Positions 20,501 through 30,537 of a stretch of 64,000 bases of DNA are shown here, one piece after another. The notes below the pieces were generated by a model. It worked only from the letters and a program-made list of their open reading frames with translations, searched no databases and was not told where the DNA came from. A program made the position numbers and the translations under genes. Every line of letters starts with the position of its first letter. The stretch's first letter is position 1. Source of the stretch: a virus; IMG/VR virus record IMGVR_UViG_3300032116_000147, positions 4,966 to 68,965 of that record. The stretch is one strand, 5' to 3'.

Positions 20501-22766
20501 TAGTGGTATTCATTTATTTTATGATTCTTTTCATTTTCAACCAGATACAACATTATTTCAAAATTATCAGACAAATTATCCTTATTTTTATTCTAAAATT
20601 GATAATAATAACACCGCCAATTCACCAATTCAAGCGAGTACGTCATCATCTTATGGTTTAAAAATTGTCAATACAAATGGATTTTGTAAAGAACTTTATT
20701 ATTTGGCGCAATCTTCACCAAATATTTGGATAACTACTCCACCACCATCATCATCACCAACTCCTGATTTACAGTATAATTATCCTAATACACAATCCCC
20801 TTCAACTTTAGGATATGGTAGAAACCGAGGATATTATTTAAATGAAATTGTTGAAGGTAGTGGTTTATTATATTTAAATGACAATAATTCATTTTATGTG
20901 GATTGGCTCGGAACACCTATATTAGAATTTCCGTCAACACCTGATTTTTCAAATCCATTAGTTCCGGCTTATGCTGACATTTATTATTTTTCAGAAAGTT
21001 ATTCAACAACATCAACAATGACGTTCACTTTGAATAATATTGGAAATGAAAGAAGAATGGTTATGAGGTCGGATAGATTACCAACATCAACCATTCAAGA
21101 AAATAATGGTAATTATAGTTACCCTTTGTTCATTAATAAAAATTTATATATTAAAATTGTTTCGGATAATGGAGTTTCTTTACCATTTAGTGCCGAATTC
21201 CAAGTTACTAATTTTAGTGGTAATAGTGTTGATTATAATGAGGATTTATCCGATATATCTTCATCAGTAAGTAATTTTGATGGGGCGATTAATTCATTTA
21301 CTTGTGCGGGTGCGGTACCTTCGGATTGTTATCAAGAAAGTTCTGATGGATATATACAAGTATTACCCACAGATAATCCATGTAATACAATACATCCTCT
21401 TGGTGTTCCTCCAGCTCTCATTGTTGAAAATGGTTGTTATACATTAGTAAGATATCCTATTCTTTCTCTTTTAAGTGATATAAAATATCTTTTTGAATGG
21501 TCATTTAGAGTTAGACAAGGCTTTATAGCTTGTTATGGAATATTTAATCATGTGTTTACAAATAGTTGGCTCAACGGTAGTTTATTTGCATTCCCATTTT
21601 CAAATAATGTTTTATTTACAAGTAATTTTGGTAACCAAGAATCTGGAGAATTACCACCAAACTCACCATATAATTGTTATTGTAAACATACTATTTTTTT
21701 GGACATAGATACTAATAATCATTATTATAGATGTACTCCATATAATACTTCATACGGGTTTATTGGTAGATTTAACCCTAATATATCAGGATTAAATTAT
21801 ATTACTAATCAATATTACTCAAATACTTCAAAAACTTTGATGTTTCCAACAACAGTTATTGATTTAGGTCCTAGAACTGATTATTTAGAAGAATTAATAT
21901 TTAGTGATGAATATGGTGGATATGTTTCAGATAAACTAAAAACAACAACATATCAAGACACTAGTGAACTATTAGGTTTGTATTTAATTCACAGATTTAT
22001 AGCGACAACTGCTTTTGGACAAGTTTTACAAGCAATTTCGGGGCTTCTCCCGATTGCAGTAACCGACCCTGTACTTTATTATTTCAGTAGAGAAAATAAT
22101 AAAATGGACGCTGATTATGTTCAAATGTTACAGATTAATTCACAATTAGGTGTTACACAATTTCAAACTTCTGTCTATAATAACCCCAACGAAATTTATT
22201 TTTCAAACGGAAATAGTTTAAATTCGGTTTTTGGAGTTTTCTTTAAAAGTAATTTACAAACAACTGATTATATTTCACCAAAAAGAAAAATTTTAAATTC
22301 TTTTGAGTCACCTAGTAATAGTTGTGCTTACGATGTTTTTGGTTCAAAAAGTCAAAGTGTACCTTTTTACAGATGGAATATTTTTCCTAATTTTGAAGGT
22401 AACTCTACTGATAGTATTTTTGGTAGTCAGAAAAATGAATGGGCGGTTAATTTTTATGTAAACACTCCATTTTTAACAATCAAATATCAAGAAGTTGATA
22501 GAATGAATCCACTTCATAGTAATATGCAACCAGTTGACCAATCTCAATCGAGATTTTTTAGAGGTTATATTTCTAATATCATTTCATTTAATCCGGTAAC
22601 ACTTCAAGTAAACTATAGTGCTCAACCACCACAAGCTGGAGGAATAGGAAGAACAATCTTACAAGGTTCACCATATTATTTTTACTTTGGTGCTGGTAGA
22701 GGAAAAAGTAGTTGGGATTTATTTACAGAAAAATGGATAAAAACTGATATTATTACATTTGAATAA
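17502..22766 (+). CDS. Giant baseplate/tail structural protein (1754 aa) with N-terminal beta-sandwich and internal hydrophobic segment
   Basis: YGVIVGRITANNGYGIPNCKVSIF and TNESGDYMIFGVPVG (carboxypeptidase-regulatory-like fold); ~50-aa hydrophobic stretch; lies in the baseplate operon. Confidence 0.6.
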   Translation: MSNSYRIRTQVGVDKSIKVNLEQEFESLEILSLKILQSDIYARQCSDYGVIVGRITANNGYGIPNCKVSIFIPLTSEDEVNLVTTELYPYKTLSELNDDGIRYNLLPYTQQHGGHVPTGTFPTREDVLTNPQVQEVYDKYYKYSVQTNESGDYMIFGVPVGNQTLHVDIDLSDIGEFSLSPQDLIRTSNTTEGKVNGTQFKSSNNLSDLPQILTINRTVEVEPLWGQPEICNLGITRTDFDILEEFGIKIEPCAIFLGSIFSNSDEYVQKQNCKVNKNLGDKCALTTGPGEILAIRQTIYRDSNGRPILESHTLEQGGKCIDENGAWLINLPMNLDYIYTNEYGEKSISTDPKIGLPTKAKYRFKVKWSQPPNLSDSVRRAYFLIPNIKEWGWDAQEDPFSDGYTDPTYLENFFITNCNPPDSVSLDNGYYKAAKASYAFSLDWLDYGQRASNGNLTTIGLQMVEEAIKCEDRFYEMSYNKVYSVSQLMSEYAKGPANKRYIAIKEITSSECVGPVNTPPATDVQYRPSALYGLASYFLRIISIILFPIIVVFHIVKAILTLFLALVIFIQFIICELAGIEILGVSPFGFLNEPCDKLTEFRNQLEELLFDGFTLNLPLYLPGECEFCDCSISDSTGEDVSNAPGVSDALNNTNVSCLSKFYSPSTFENCLPYPSYVKFLFSGNQSQNNGSATAHAPTLQELDDNNVFFTSSLTIPERLNLFNTKAKYFDESGDNPGGGWNRIKVSFDVNQNDPNTQWHLDNVVALVINPVCDLDLSIGNLLSFQNLEQSNDPNLYEGPLNSYGNNSVTGTPIGTLISVGETEFYQTNVNLTWAKPDGSGNNSTIYTINQDSNDINYLKFPTDVEYFQIIHKSTVQNFIDNSDPNNPDSFANRFLNNYNVIIKLNDTQGETRTSYHSPCATDFLNQIVVFVVRGVDPNSSRVNCQIDLSRLYGFNTDFLTTWGNSSYVIQEDLKLNIPVQGSFKNVRHSPLLDNTTIDPYSGIHLFYDSFHFQPDTTLFQNYQTNYPYFYSKIDNNNTANSPIQASTSSSYGLKIVNTNGFCKELYYLAQSSPNIWITTPPPSSSPTPDLQYNYPNTQSPSTLGYGRNRGYYLNEIVEGSGLLYLNDNNSFYVDWLGTPILEFPSTPDFSNPLVPAYADIYYFSESYSTTSTMTFTLNNIGNERRMVMRSDRLPTSTIQENNGNYSYPLFINKNLYIKIVSDNGVSLPFSAEFQVTNFSGNSVDYNEDLSDISSSVSNFDGAINSFTCAGAVPSDCYQESSDGYIQVLPTDNPCNTIHPLGVPPALIVENGCYTLVRYPILSLLSDIKYLFEWSFRVRQGFIACYGIFNHVFTNSWLNGSLFAFPFSNNVLFTSNFGNQESGELPPNSPYNCYCKHTIFLDIDTNNHYYRCTPYNTSYGFIGRFNPNISGLNYITNQYYSNTSKTLMFPTTVIDLGPRTDYLEELIFSDEYGGYVSDKLKTTTYQDTSELLGLYLIHRFIATTAFGQVLQAISGLLPIAVTDPVLYYFSRENNKMDADYVQMLQINSQLGVTQFQTSVYNNPNEIYFSNGNSLNSVFGVFFKSNLQTTDYISPKRKILNSFESPSNSCAYDVFGSKSQSVPFYRWNIFPNFEGNSTDSIFGSQKNEWAVNFYVNTPFLTIKYQEVDRMNPLHSNMQPVDQSQSRFFRGYISNIISFNPVTLQVNYSAQPPQAGGIGRTILQGSPYYFYFGAGRGKSSWDLFTEKWIKTDIITFE

Positions 22767-24577
22767 TGGGGAATGAAAATAGAATAGTTTTAGGTTCACT
22801 TAGATATAAATCGGCACCAAATACTGATTTATCTTTAAAAGTGCCTTTTAAACAATTGACGAAAGAATTTACGGAATTTGATAGAAATGTAAATTTAAAT
22901 TTACAACAACTGTTTGTTGATGAACGACAAAACTCAACTTTATTTAGGCCAACCGCTAAGTTTCAAGTATTATTTAGTAATTCATATTCAGGATTTTCAA
23001 ATTATCTACCTTACAATAATAATTTATATGTTGATTTGAATCAAAACACTATAGATTTTTGTGAAAATGATAGATTTACATTATATGGTTTTCCACAATA
23101 TTTTGAATTTGATTTCATAAGAACCGATAATGATGTCACAGGTTATACTATTTATGATTCTTCTTATACTCCACCACTTAGACACATTCCATTTACATCA
23201 CAAAGTGCTTCGACATATAATTGGAATAATTTCATAAGTTACGCTTATGAAAATGATTATAATAAAATTATGCAAGCGTATATTAAGATGGATTCTAATC
23301 CATTAAGTATTATAAATTGGGTTGTTTCTGATGGAATTCCGTTTATTATAAAAAATACAACGTTAAACGGTTTAAACGTGGTTTCTTTTGTATGTCCAGT
23401 TAAACATGGGATAAATGTCGGTGAATTTATAAGGTTAAGTATATCATACAATGGTCAAAACATTTTTCAAGTAGATTCTTTGGGAAATGGTAATGTTAAT
23501 AGTGAATTCTATATTGTTAACATTTTAAATCCTGGATTTCTTGGGACAACATTTGCAGATAACGTGAATGGTACACTTAAAAGAGTTTTAAATCCTGATA
23601 ATTTATCGGAAACAACTTCAAAATACTATGTTAGAAGAAATAAAATTTTAACCAATTTAAATGAACAAGTTTTAGTTAAAGCCGGATTTGAACAAAATAT
23701 TTTTGGTAATAAAAAACAATTTCTTAAATCTAAATACACAAATAGTGGTCAACCTAAAGTTAATGTAAAAGAAGGGTCCCAAAGTTATACATTAAGTTTT
23801 CAAAAAGATATAGATATTTTTGGAATGATTGATAATCAAATGAGACCTATAAGTGAACTTTTTTTTACTACAGTATGGAAAGGTTATTTTGGTTGGACAT
23901 TAGGTGAAAAAAATAGTAGTGGAGAGTTTTATAGAATGAGACAGGGTTGGGAATTTAATTTACCTCTTCATCCGGTAACACAATTACCAAGTAATTGGTG
24001 GAGTTATACTAATTCTAATTCTGATTCTAATATACCTAATAATTTTTACAATTTGTCAACACAATACGGTGTTGATTCTAATGGTGTACCATACAATTTT
24101 GTTTATAACAAAACACTTAGTATTGGCGATGTAATAGATGGTGATTTTTGTGAATGGAATGATTTTGAACAGACCGAGAGAGTTGTTTCAGATTTATATC
24201 ATAAAATAACTTTTAATAGAAATCTTTTTAATATTGGTACTAATAATTTAACGTCTTTAAATCAATTCGGATATTTTTACAAACCACATACATCTGTTCA
24301 AATACGAACATTTTCTTCTTATTTAGAAAATGGTTTACCAAGTCAAGTTGCTGATATTCCTAGTTATGCTCAGTTTTCACAAAATAGAAATGTTTTTGTT
24401 TGGAAGGATTTATATGATTATGGTTTCATAGATGTTGATGGTAGTGGAGTTGATTTTCCGTTTATTAATAATAAACACCATCCTTTTAAATATATAGTTT
24501 TTAAGATAATACCCGAAGGTACAAATTATAGGGTATTTGATAATGTTATAGACCCAATTATAGACGACTGTGAGTAA
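22766..24577 (+). CDS. Putative structural protein (603 aa)
   Basis: Coupled to upstream gene (TAATG); Asn/Phe-rich; baseplate operon context. Confidence 0.55.
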   Translation: MGNENRIVLGSLRYKSAPNTDLSLKVPFKQLTKEFTEFDRNVNLNLQQLFVDERQNSTLFRPTAKFQVLFSNSYSGFSNYLPYNNNLYVDLNQNTIDFCENDRFTLYGFPQYFEFDFIRTDNDVTGYTIYDSSYTPPLRHIPFTSQSASTYNWNNFISYAYENDYNKIMQAYIKMDSNPLSIINWVVSDGIPFIIKNTTLNGLNVVSFVCPVKHGINVGEFIRLSISYNGQNIFQVDSLGNGNVNSEFYIVNILNPGFLGTTFADNVNGTLKRVLNPDNLSETTSKYYVRRNKILTNLNEQVLVKAGFEQNIFGNKKQFLKSKYTNSGQPKVNVKEGSQSYTLSFQKDIDIFGMIDNQMRPISELFFTTVWKGYFGWTLGEKNSSGEFYRMRQGWEFNLPLHPVTQLPSNWWSYTNSNSDSNIPNNFYNLSTQYGVDSNGVPYNFVYNKTLSIGDVIDGDFCEWNDFEQTERVVSDLYHKITFNRNLFNIGTNNLTSLNQFGYFYKPHTSVQIRTFSSYLENGLPSQVADIPSYAQFSQNRNVFVWKDLYDYGFIDVDGSGVDFPFINNKHHPFKYIVFKIIPEGTNYRVFDNVIDPIIDDCE

Positions 24578-25391
24578 TAAATATAAATTTACACTTCCTA
24601 TTTCGAATAATAAATTCATTGATATTCCAATACAACTAAAATGGGATTTTTTTGGACGATTAGATAGTATTCAGGAATACGAAAATACTGTGATAGAAGA
24701 AATCATTGGTTCACCATTAGATTATGAAATAGACAGGTTTGCACATGATAGTTATGGGGAAGATAACGTTACAAAAATTTATTATAATTTTTATTTTTTT
24801 AATGGGGTCCCAACGGATATACCAACGTCTATTTCGACTGATTGGGATGATAGTTATATAACTGAAGGATTTTCAGGTGAAGAAATTTATTTTTTAGTAA
24901 ATCAATTTACAAAATCTTTTTTTAAATTGGATTTTTATGATACACAAGAAGCGGCAACTCAAAAAAACTATTTTACTGTGATATTACCTGTTACGGAAGG
25001 TGAAAATGAAAGTATTTTAGTTCCTATGATAGATTTGGTGAATAATGTTTTTATAAAAAAACCAACATTTGAATTAGATTATATTAAGAAAAATGAAGGG
25101 TTTTATTTTTATTGGTTAAGAGATAGAACGGTATTGGATATTAGTACTTTTTATATGACCGCTAAATTTTTTGATGCAAAATCAGGTGTTTTTGTAAAAA
25201 TGATGACTGAACCACAATCAAATTTACCGGGGGATAGATTTTCTTTTAAACCTGAAGATTATTTCTATTATAAAGTTGTTTTAGATTATAATAATTATAG
25301 TTATAAAGTTTATAATGTTTTAACAAATTTTAGAGTAGGTGATAATTTACAACCTATAAATTGGTATGAATATGTAAATCCACAAAATTAA
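24570..25391 (+). CDS. Putative structural protein (273 aa)
   Basis: GTG start overlapping the upstream stop; FTKSFFKLDFYD motif; operon context. Confidence 0.55.
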   Translation: MSNKYKFTLPISNNKFIDIPIQLKWDFFGRLDSIQEYENTVIEEIIGSPLDYEIDRFAHDSYGEDNVTKIYYNFYFFNGVPTDIPTSISTDWDDSYITEGFSGEEIYFLVNQFTKSFFKLDFYDTQEAATQKNYFTVILPVTEGENESILVPMIDLVNNVFIKKPTFELDYIKKNEGFYFYWLRDRTVLDISTFYMTAKFFDAKSGVFVKMMTEPQSNLPGDRFSFKPEDYFYYKVVLDYNNYSYKVYNVLTNFRVGDNLQPINWYEYVNPQN

Positions 25392-26567
25392 ATGGATGAG
25401 ATAAATTATAGTATTAGAATTTCACCTGAGGTTATTAGTAATGATATTTTTTTTGTAAAATATGTACAAGGAGAATATTCAAATACTTTACCATATGACC
25501 CATGTTGTGATGTAAGTGGACAAACTATTTCAGGTTTAACTACTGGTTATACTTTTGTTTATAAAAGTATGTCTGAAATTTTATCAGGAGGAACAGATGG
25601 TGCTTCCATTTTAACTGGATTAACTATTCCTATTTATTTAAGTGAAACTGCGGTAGATATTGGTTTTTATGATGTTTTTGATGGTTTAATTACACAAAAA
25701 GATGTAATGATTAATTTTTTATTTAGTGCTGACACACTAAATCCGTATGTTTATTATTTTTTTAATACTTCAGATATTGAATTTAAAAAATTCTTAGAAT
25801 TTTGTGATTATCAAATTAATTGGGGTGACGGAAGTCCTATTCAAGTAATTACAAGTGTTGCACCTAATTATTATTCACACACATATTCACAGGATGGTGA
25901 ATACCAAATATCTATGTCAGGAATGAGTCCTTGGGGATATAATGTGATTGAAAAAACAATATATGTACCATTTACAGATGTTGTAATTGATAATCCTTAT
26001 GGTACTGCATTTTTTATTCCGGCAGGAGGTAGTTGGTCGAATACACCATTAATGTATGATTATATTTTTACTGGTGATTCTATATGTGAAACAGAAACTC
26101 CTTGTTGTGAGTATGGTACAATTCCATTTTTAGTTACTGGATATACTTTTTCAAGTATGGGTGATTTACAAGTTTATGGTAAAAAATCAGAATTAGATGC
26201 GGGTAAGTACAAAATGGGGTATCAAGTAACTGGTAGTTCAGGTTCAGTTGGCGTTTGGTGGGGACCTTCATTTGATGGTTCTTACACATCTTATACACTT
26301 AATGATATAACTTATTATGATTATAGTAATGGTCAAACAGTTTTTATTGTTGAATCATCTGGATGTACATATGAACTATTATGTTCGGCTATTACAAAAA
26401 ATGAAGTTTTACTAAATGTAATTTCAGAACCTGAAGTACAATCTAATGTTTTTATCGAAAGAGGTAAAAATTCTGCATTGGAATATGTTGAAAGACTTGG
26501 TGAGGTTAATAATATGGGAAGTTTGATGGATTATGGATATAGATTTTTTAACGTCATAAAAATATAA
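25392..26567 (+). CDS. Structural protein with PKD-like Ig domain
   Basis: YQINWGDGS...SHTYSQDGEYQI is the PKD signature. Confidence 0.6.
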   Translation: MDEINYSIRISPEVISNDIFFVKYVQGEYSNTLPYDPCCDVSGQTISGLTTGYTFVYKSMSEILSGGTDGASILTGLTIPIYLSETAVDIGFYDVFDGLITQKDVMINFLFSADTLNPYVYYFFNTSDIEFKKFLEFCDYQINWGDGSPIQVITSVAPNYYSHTYSQDGEYQISMSGMSPWGYNVIEKTIYVPFTDVVIDNPYGTAFFIPAGGSWSNTPLMYDYIFTGDSICETETPCCEYGTIPFLVTGYTFSSMGDLQVYGKKSELDAGKYKMGYQVTGSSGSVGVWWGPSFDGSYTSYTLNDITYYDYSNGQTVFIVESSGCTYELLCSAITKNEVLLNVISEPEVQSNVFIERGKNSALEYVERLGEVNNMGSLMDYGYRFFNVIKI

Positions 26568-26608
26568 ATTCAATATTTATAATAAAAAGAAAAATTGTTT
26601 AATTAAAT

Positions 26609-27517
26609 ATGGCTACAGGAACTTATGGAACGTTAAGACCAGCTGATGTCTCACCTGAAGATGTTGAGATATTATTATTATATACCCCATCGAGAGATGA
26701 AACTGAAAATTTTGTTTTAACAAAATTAAATTCAATCGCGTTATTAAGACCATATTTTAATAATGCGAATACTGGAGGTAATTCAAACATAGAAGTTTTA
26801 GGTGGATTATATAATTTAAAATTACCTGCTGAACAATTTAACAGGATTGGTATATATACTGTTTATTTGAGGCCAGCACAGATAAGAACAACTATATTGG
26901 ATTGTGGAGTATTATCCGCTTTACCAAATGTTAGAGGATTAGTTATTGATTTAAATTCTGTACCTAGCGAATATAGAAATAAGTTTATTAACCAAGGTTT
27001 AGTTGGGTTTAGAATTGAATATTTAAATCCTGACGGGACAAAAATACCTAATTTTTTCAGAATAATTACATCAAGTTTTTTTTGTGAACCTGTGGTTCAA
27101 AATCTTACTAACACAACTGCTAAAGCTATAAGATATAGATACTCAGATAATAATACAAATTTAATTTTTTGTACATTATCACCATCTTCCGCACCAACTA
27201 ATAAGCCAAACGCATTACCATATATTGGGCAACCAAATCAGAATATAATAATAACAAATACATTTTTTAATCCGATAACTTTGGATGTTGAAATTGCGGA
27301 ACATGACTTTAGTACTTTGGCAATTGCTCTTTATGGTAACCAAACTAAATCTATGGAAGATGGTATTTACACACTCTATAATACTTCTAATGTTATTTAT
27401 AAACAATACAATTTATACGAAATAAGAGACCAATTTAATAATTTGTTATTCGAAGTAAGACAAGATAGAGGAGATAACATCGATTTTACTAAAAACTTCT
27501 CAAACATAACTCAATAA
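26609..27517 (+). CDS. Putative baseplate/tail structural protein (302 aa)
   Basis: Clean ORF after TATTTAT at 26574, coupled to the next gene. Confidence 0.55.
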   Translation: MATGTYGTLRPADVSPEDVEILLLYTPSRDETENFVLTKLNSIALLRPYFNNANTGGNSNIEVLGGLYNLKLPAEQFNRIGIYTVYLRPAQIRTTILDCGVLSALPNVRGLVIDLNSVPSEYRNKFINQGLVGFRIEYLNPDGTKIPNFFRIITSSFFCEPVVQNLTNTTAKAIRYRYSDNNTNLIFCTLSPSSAPTNKPNALPYIGQPNQNIIITNTFFNPITLDVEIAEHDFSTLAIALYGNQTKSMEDGIYTLYNTSNVIYKQYNLYEIRDQFNNLLFEVRQDRGDNIDFTKNFSNITQ

Positions 27518-30500
27518 TGGCTGTTCAAAAATATAAGTGTCCACCAATTACTGCTTCAGGGGAAGGTACTTTTTCTGATAATTTAGTTGGATTTCAATTA
27601 GTACAAGGTGGTGGACTAACACAGGGTAATTTTGAATTTACAGTAGGAACTGCAGAAAAAGTTAATAGGACTTTTGAAATTGGTACTTTTTCTGGTCCCA
27701 TAAATTTAAAAAGTTTGGGGATTAATACTATTGCTGAATCTAAGGCAATTTTTGAGAAAAATTTTAAAGTTTATCCAAATTATGACTTAAGTATAGTTAC
27801 AAATTTTGTTCTATACGGTTCAATGTCTAAAAGAATATCTTCTTCTGTAAACATAATTATAAGTCAGTTTCCGGCAGCACTTGAATCGAATCTTTATGGT
27901 ATTAACTATACGACAGGTACAACCGCATTTAATATAAGTTATAATCAATTTACAGATGAAACATCATTTGAATTGGATATAAAACGAATAAGAAATCCTT
28001 TTGGTATTGATTTTACCACTAATTCTACAAGAAATTTATCTCTTTTAGAAATTCCTGTTTCTGAATTAAGAAATATGACAGTCGAATTTAGAAAATATTC
28101 TTTATATTATTTTGGTCAGGGATTTAATGTGACTGGTATGATACCAACGAATAGTCTAAGTAGTGGTACTCTTAAAATTTTTGTTCAAGGAAATCCTTTT
28201 TCAGGTAAAACAAATGTTTATGATAATTTAGTTGTGAGACCAAATGATGAAGAAGTTAATAAAGTTTTTAAAAATAAATTGGATGAAGTACAGAATTTTT
28301 TATTAAATAGAAGTATTAAACCAATTTATACCGCCCTTTTTAAAATACCAAAATTATCGGATAGTGGTGATTTTTTTGTACAAAATAATAGTATAACTTG
28401 GCCTTTAGATGGTTTTTGGAATTTAGATATTGTTAGTGGAAGTTTTCAAAATTACCTACAAAGTTTAAATGATGTTAGTGAAGAATTTGATTCATACAAA
28501 ACAAATTTAATAACCCGATTTTTAACGACAGGAGCGTTTAAAGAATTTGATACTCAGGACCATAAAACAGAAAAAGTTTTACAATTATATGGTAGAAGTT
28601 TTGATGAAACAAACAAGTTTATAAACGCTTTAGCATATATGAATTCGGTACATTATAATACCGGAAATGACATACCATCACAATTACTAAAAAATTTAGC
28701 ACAAACATTAGGTTGGAATATAAACATTTCACCAATTACAAATGACCAATTTTTGAAATCTGTATTTGGTCAAACAAATTATGATGAATCTCAGTACTCT
28801 GGTATTCCTGTATCATCAACTCCTGATGAATTAAATTACAATTATTATAGAAATCTTATATTAAATTCCGCGTTTCTTTTTAAATCAAAAGGTACTAGAA
28901 AATCAGTTGAAACTTTAATGAGGTTAATTGGGGCACCTGATGCATTAGTTGAATTTAATGAATTTATTTATTTGGCGGACCAAAGAATTAATTTAGGTAA
29001 ATTTTCTGAACAATACACACAAATTTCAGGAGGTACATATTCTCAAGAACTACCTGTTTTAGACCCTTCAAATGTATTTACAATTTTTGGTGTGTCATAT
29101 ACTGGTACAACAACAGTAACAAAATTTTCAGATGTTAATTTAACTTTTGATAATTTTCCTATGGATGTTGAAGGATATCCTGAAGCACCTGTTGAAACAC
29201 CAAATTATTATTTTCAAATTGGTGCTGGATGGTTTGAATCAACACCACAACACAGGTCCCCTGAAGAGGTTAATTTAACGACTTCAGTATTTACAGGAGC
29301 AAATCCAAATTTTCAAACTCAGTTAGTTCCATTTTCATACGGTCAAATTTATTTAAATCGTTTTAGAAAGTTTCCTTATATGTCATTAGGTTATAATTTA
29401 AGACCAATAGTTGACAATAATAAAAGTTGGACAAACCAAGAAACAGGATTGAGGGTTAATTTAGATGGAGGTATAAATGCTCGATATTTAGTGGATAATG
29501 AAAAATTAGTTTTAAATGTAAAAAATGTTGATTTGTTTTTAAACCCATCACAGGGATTAGCTTACGATGTTTGGTATATGTCAAGACAATATAATTATCC
29601 TATTCCATACCAAGGATTGAGATATGTGCCACCAACAAAATGTAACCCATATCCAAATTCTGGATATCCTGAAAGAGGTGGGGTTGATTGGACTGAAATT
29701 AATCCTAAACCACAACAAAAAACTTTTTTTGAATTCGCTCAAACTTTTTGGCAGAACATGATAAATGTTAGAAATCGACAATACGTAACTGATGGTAAAA
29801 CAAGTGGATATCCAACATTACAATCGATTTATTGGAAATATTTAGAATCACAACAAACAATTAATATACCTAACGATAATTTCACATATAAAACAATGAT
29901 AGATTATGTTGTTGGGATGGGTGATTATTGGATAAGATTGGTTGAACAAATGTTTCCGGCAACAACTTTATGGAATACAGGTGTAAAATATGAAAACTCA
30001 ATTTTCCACAGACAAAAATTTGTGTATCGAAGACAAGAAGGTTGTAAACTAGTTGCAGTCCCTTGTAAACCTTGTAAATTAACTACTAATATATATGATA
30101 CTGATTGTCCAATACAGTCAGTTGAATGTTACAAATATCCGTGGAACGTTGATTCTCAAATTCAAAGTTTTGGAGGTGTTTTAGGTAGTTTACTAACAGA
30201 TTACCTAACATCGATAGGACTTACAACTAATAATTGTGTATTAAATTCTACACAATCAGAATGGTATGTTGACATCAGATTTGATGGAACCCCAGTTGTT
30301 ACACAACTATTTTTTAATGGTTTAGGATATGATACCCCAGGAATAAGTACACCAAGTCAAATTGATTGGGACGTTGCACTATCTTTAGCGTTAGATAGTT
30401 TATCTTCTTTGGGATATAGTTATTATTTAACAAGTGAAGATACAATAATCATTTTTAATAATGATTGTGGAAGTTCATTAGAAAGTATTGATTTTACTTT

Positions 30501-30537
30501 GAACGTTGGAATAAACTTTAATATTTTATGTAATTAA
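27517..30537 (+). CDS. Baseplate wedge protein with P2 gpI / T4 gp7-like segment
   Basis: IPSQLLKNLAQTLGW...LFKSKGTRKSVETLMRLIG motif typical of tail protein I-like domains. Confidence 0.65.
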   Translation: MAVQKYKCPPITASGEGTFSDNLVGFQLVQGGGLTQGNFEFTVGTAEKVNRTFEIGTFSGPINLKSLGINTIAESKAIFEKNFKVYPNYDLSIVTNFVLYGSMSKRISSSVNIIISQFPAALESNLYGINYTTGTTAFNISYNQFTDETSFELDIKRIRNPFGIDFTTNSTRNLSLLEIPVSELRNMTVEFRKYSLYYFGQGFNVTGMIPTNSLSSGTLKIFVQGNPFSGKTNVYDNLVVRPNDEEVNKVFKNKLDEVQNFLLNRSIKPIYTALFKIPKLSDSGDFFVQNNSITWPLDGFWNLDIVSGSFQNYLQSLNDVSEEFDSYKTNLITRFLTTGAFKEFDTQDHKTEKVLQLYGRSFDETNKFINALAYMNSVHYNTGNDIPSQLLKNLAQTLGWNINISPITNDQFLKSVFGQTNYDESQYSGIPVSSTPDELNYNYYRNLILNSAFLFKSKGTRKSVETLMRLIGAPDALVEFNEFIYLADQRINLGKFSEQYTQISGGTYSQELPVLDPSNVFTIFGVSYTGTTTVTKFSDVNLTFDNFPMDVEGYPEAPVETPNYYFQIGAGWFESTPQHRSPEEVNLTTSVFTGANPNFQTQLVPFSYGQIYLNRFRKFPYMSLGYNLRPIVDNNKSWTNQETGLRVNLDGGINARYLVDNEKLVLNVKNVDLFLNPSQGLAYDVWYMSRQYNYPIPYQGLRYVPPTKCNPYPNSGYPERGGVDWTEINPKPQQKTFFEFAQTFWQNMINVRNRQYVTDGKTSGYPTLQSIYWKYLESQQTINIPNDNFTYKTMIDYVVGMGDYWIRLVEQMFPATTLWNTGVKYENSIFHRQKFVYRRQEGCKLVAVPCKPCKLTTNIYDTDCPIQSVECYKYPWNVDSQIQSFGGVLGSLLTDYLTSIGLTTNNCVLNSTQSEWYVDIRFDGTPVVTQLFFNGLGYDTPGISTPSQIDWDVALSLALDSLSSLGYSYYLTSEDTIIIFNNDCGSSLESIDFTLNVGINFNILCN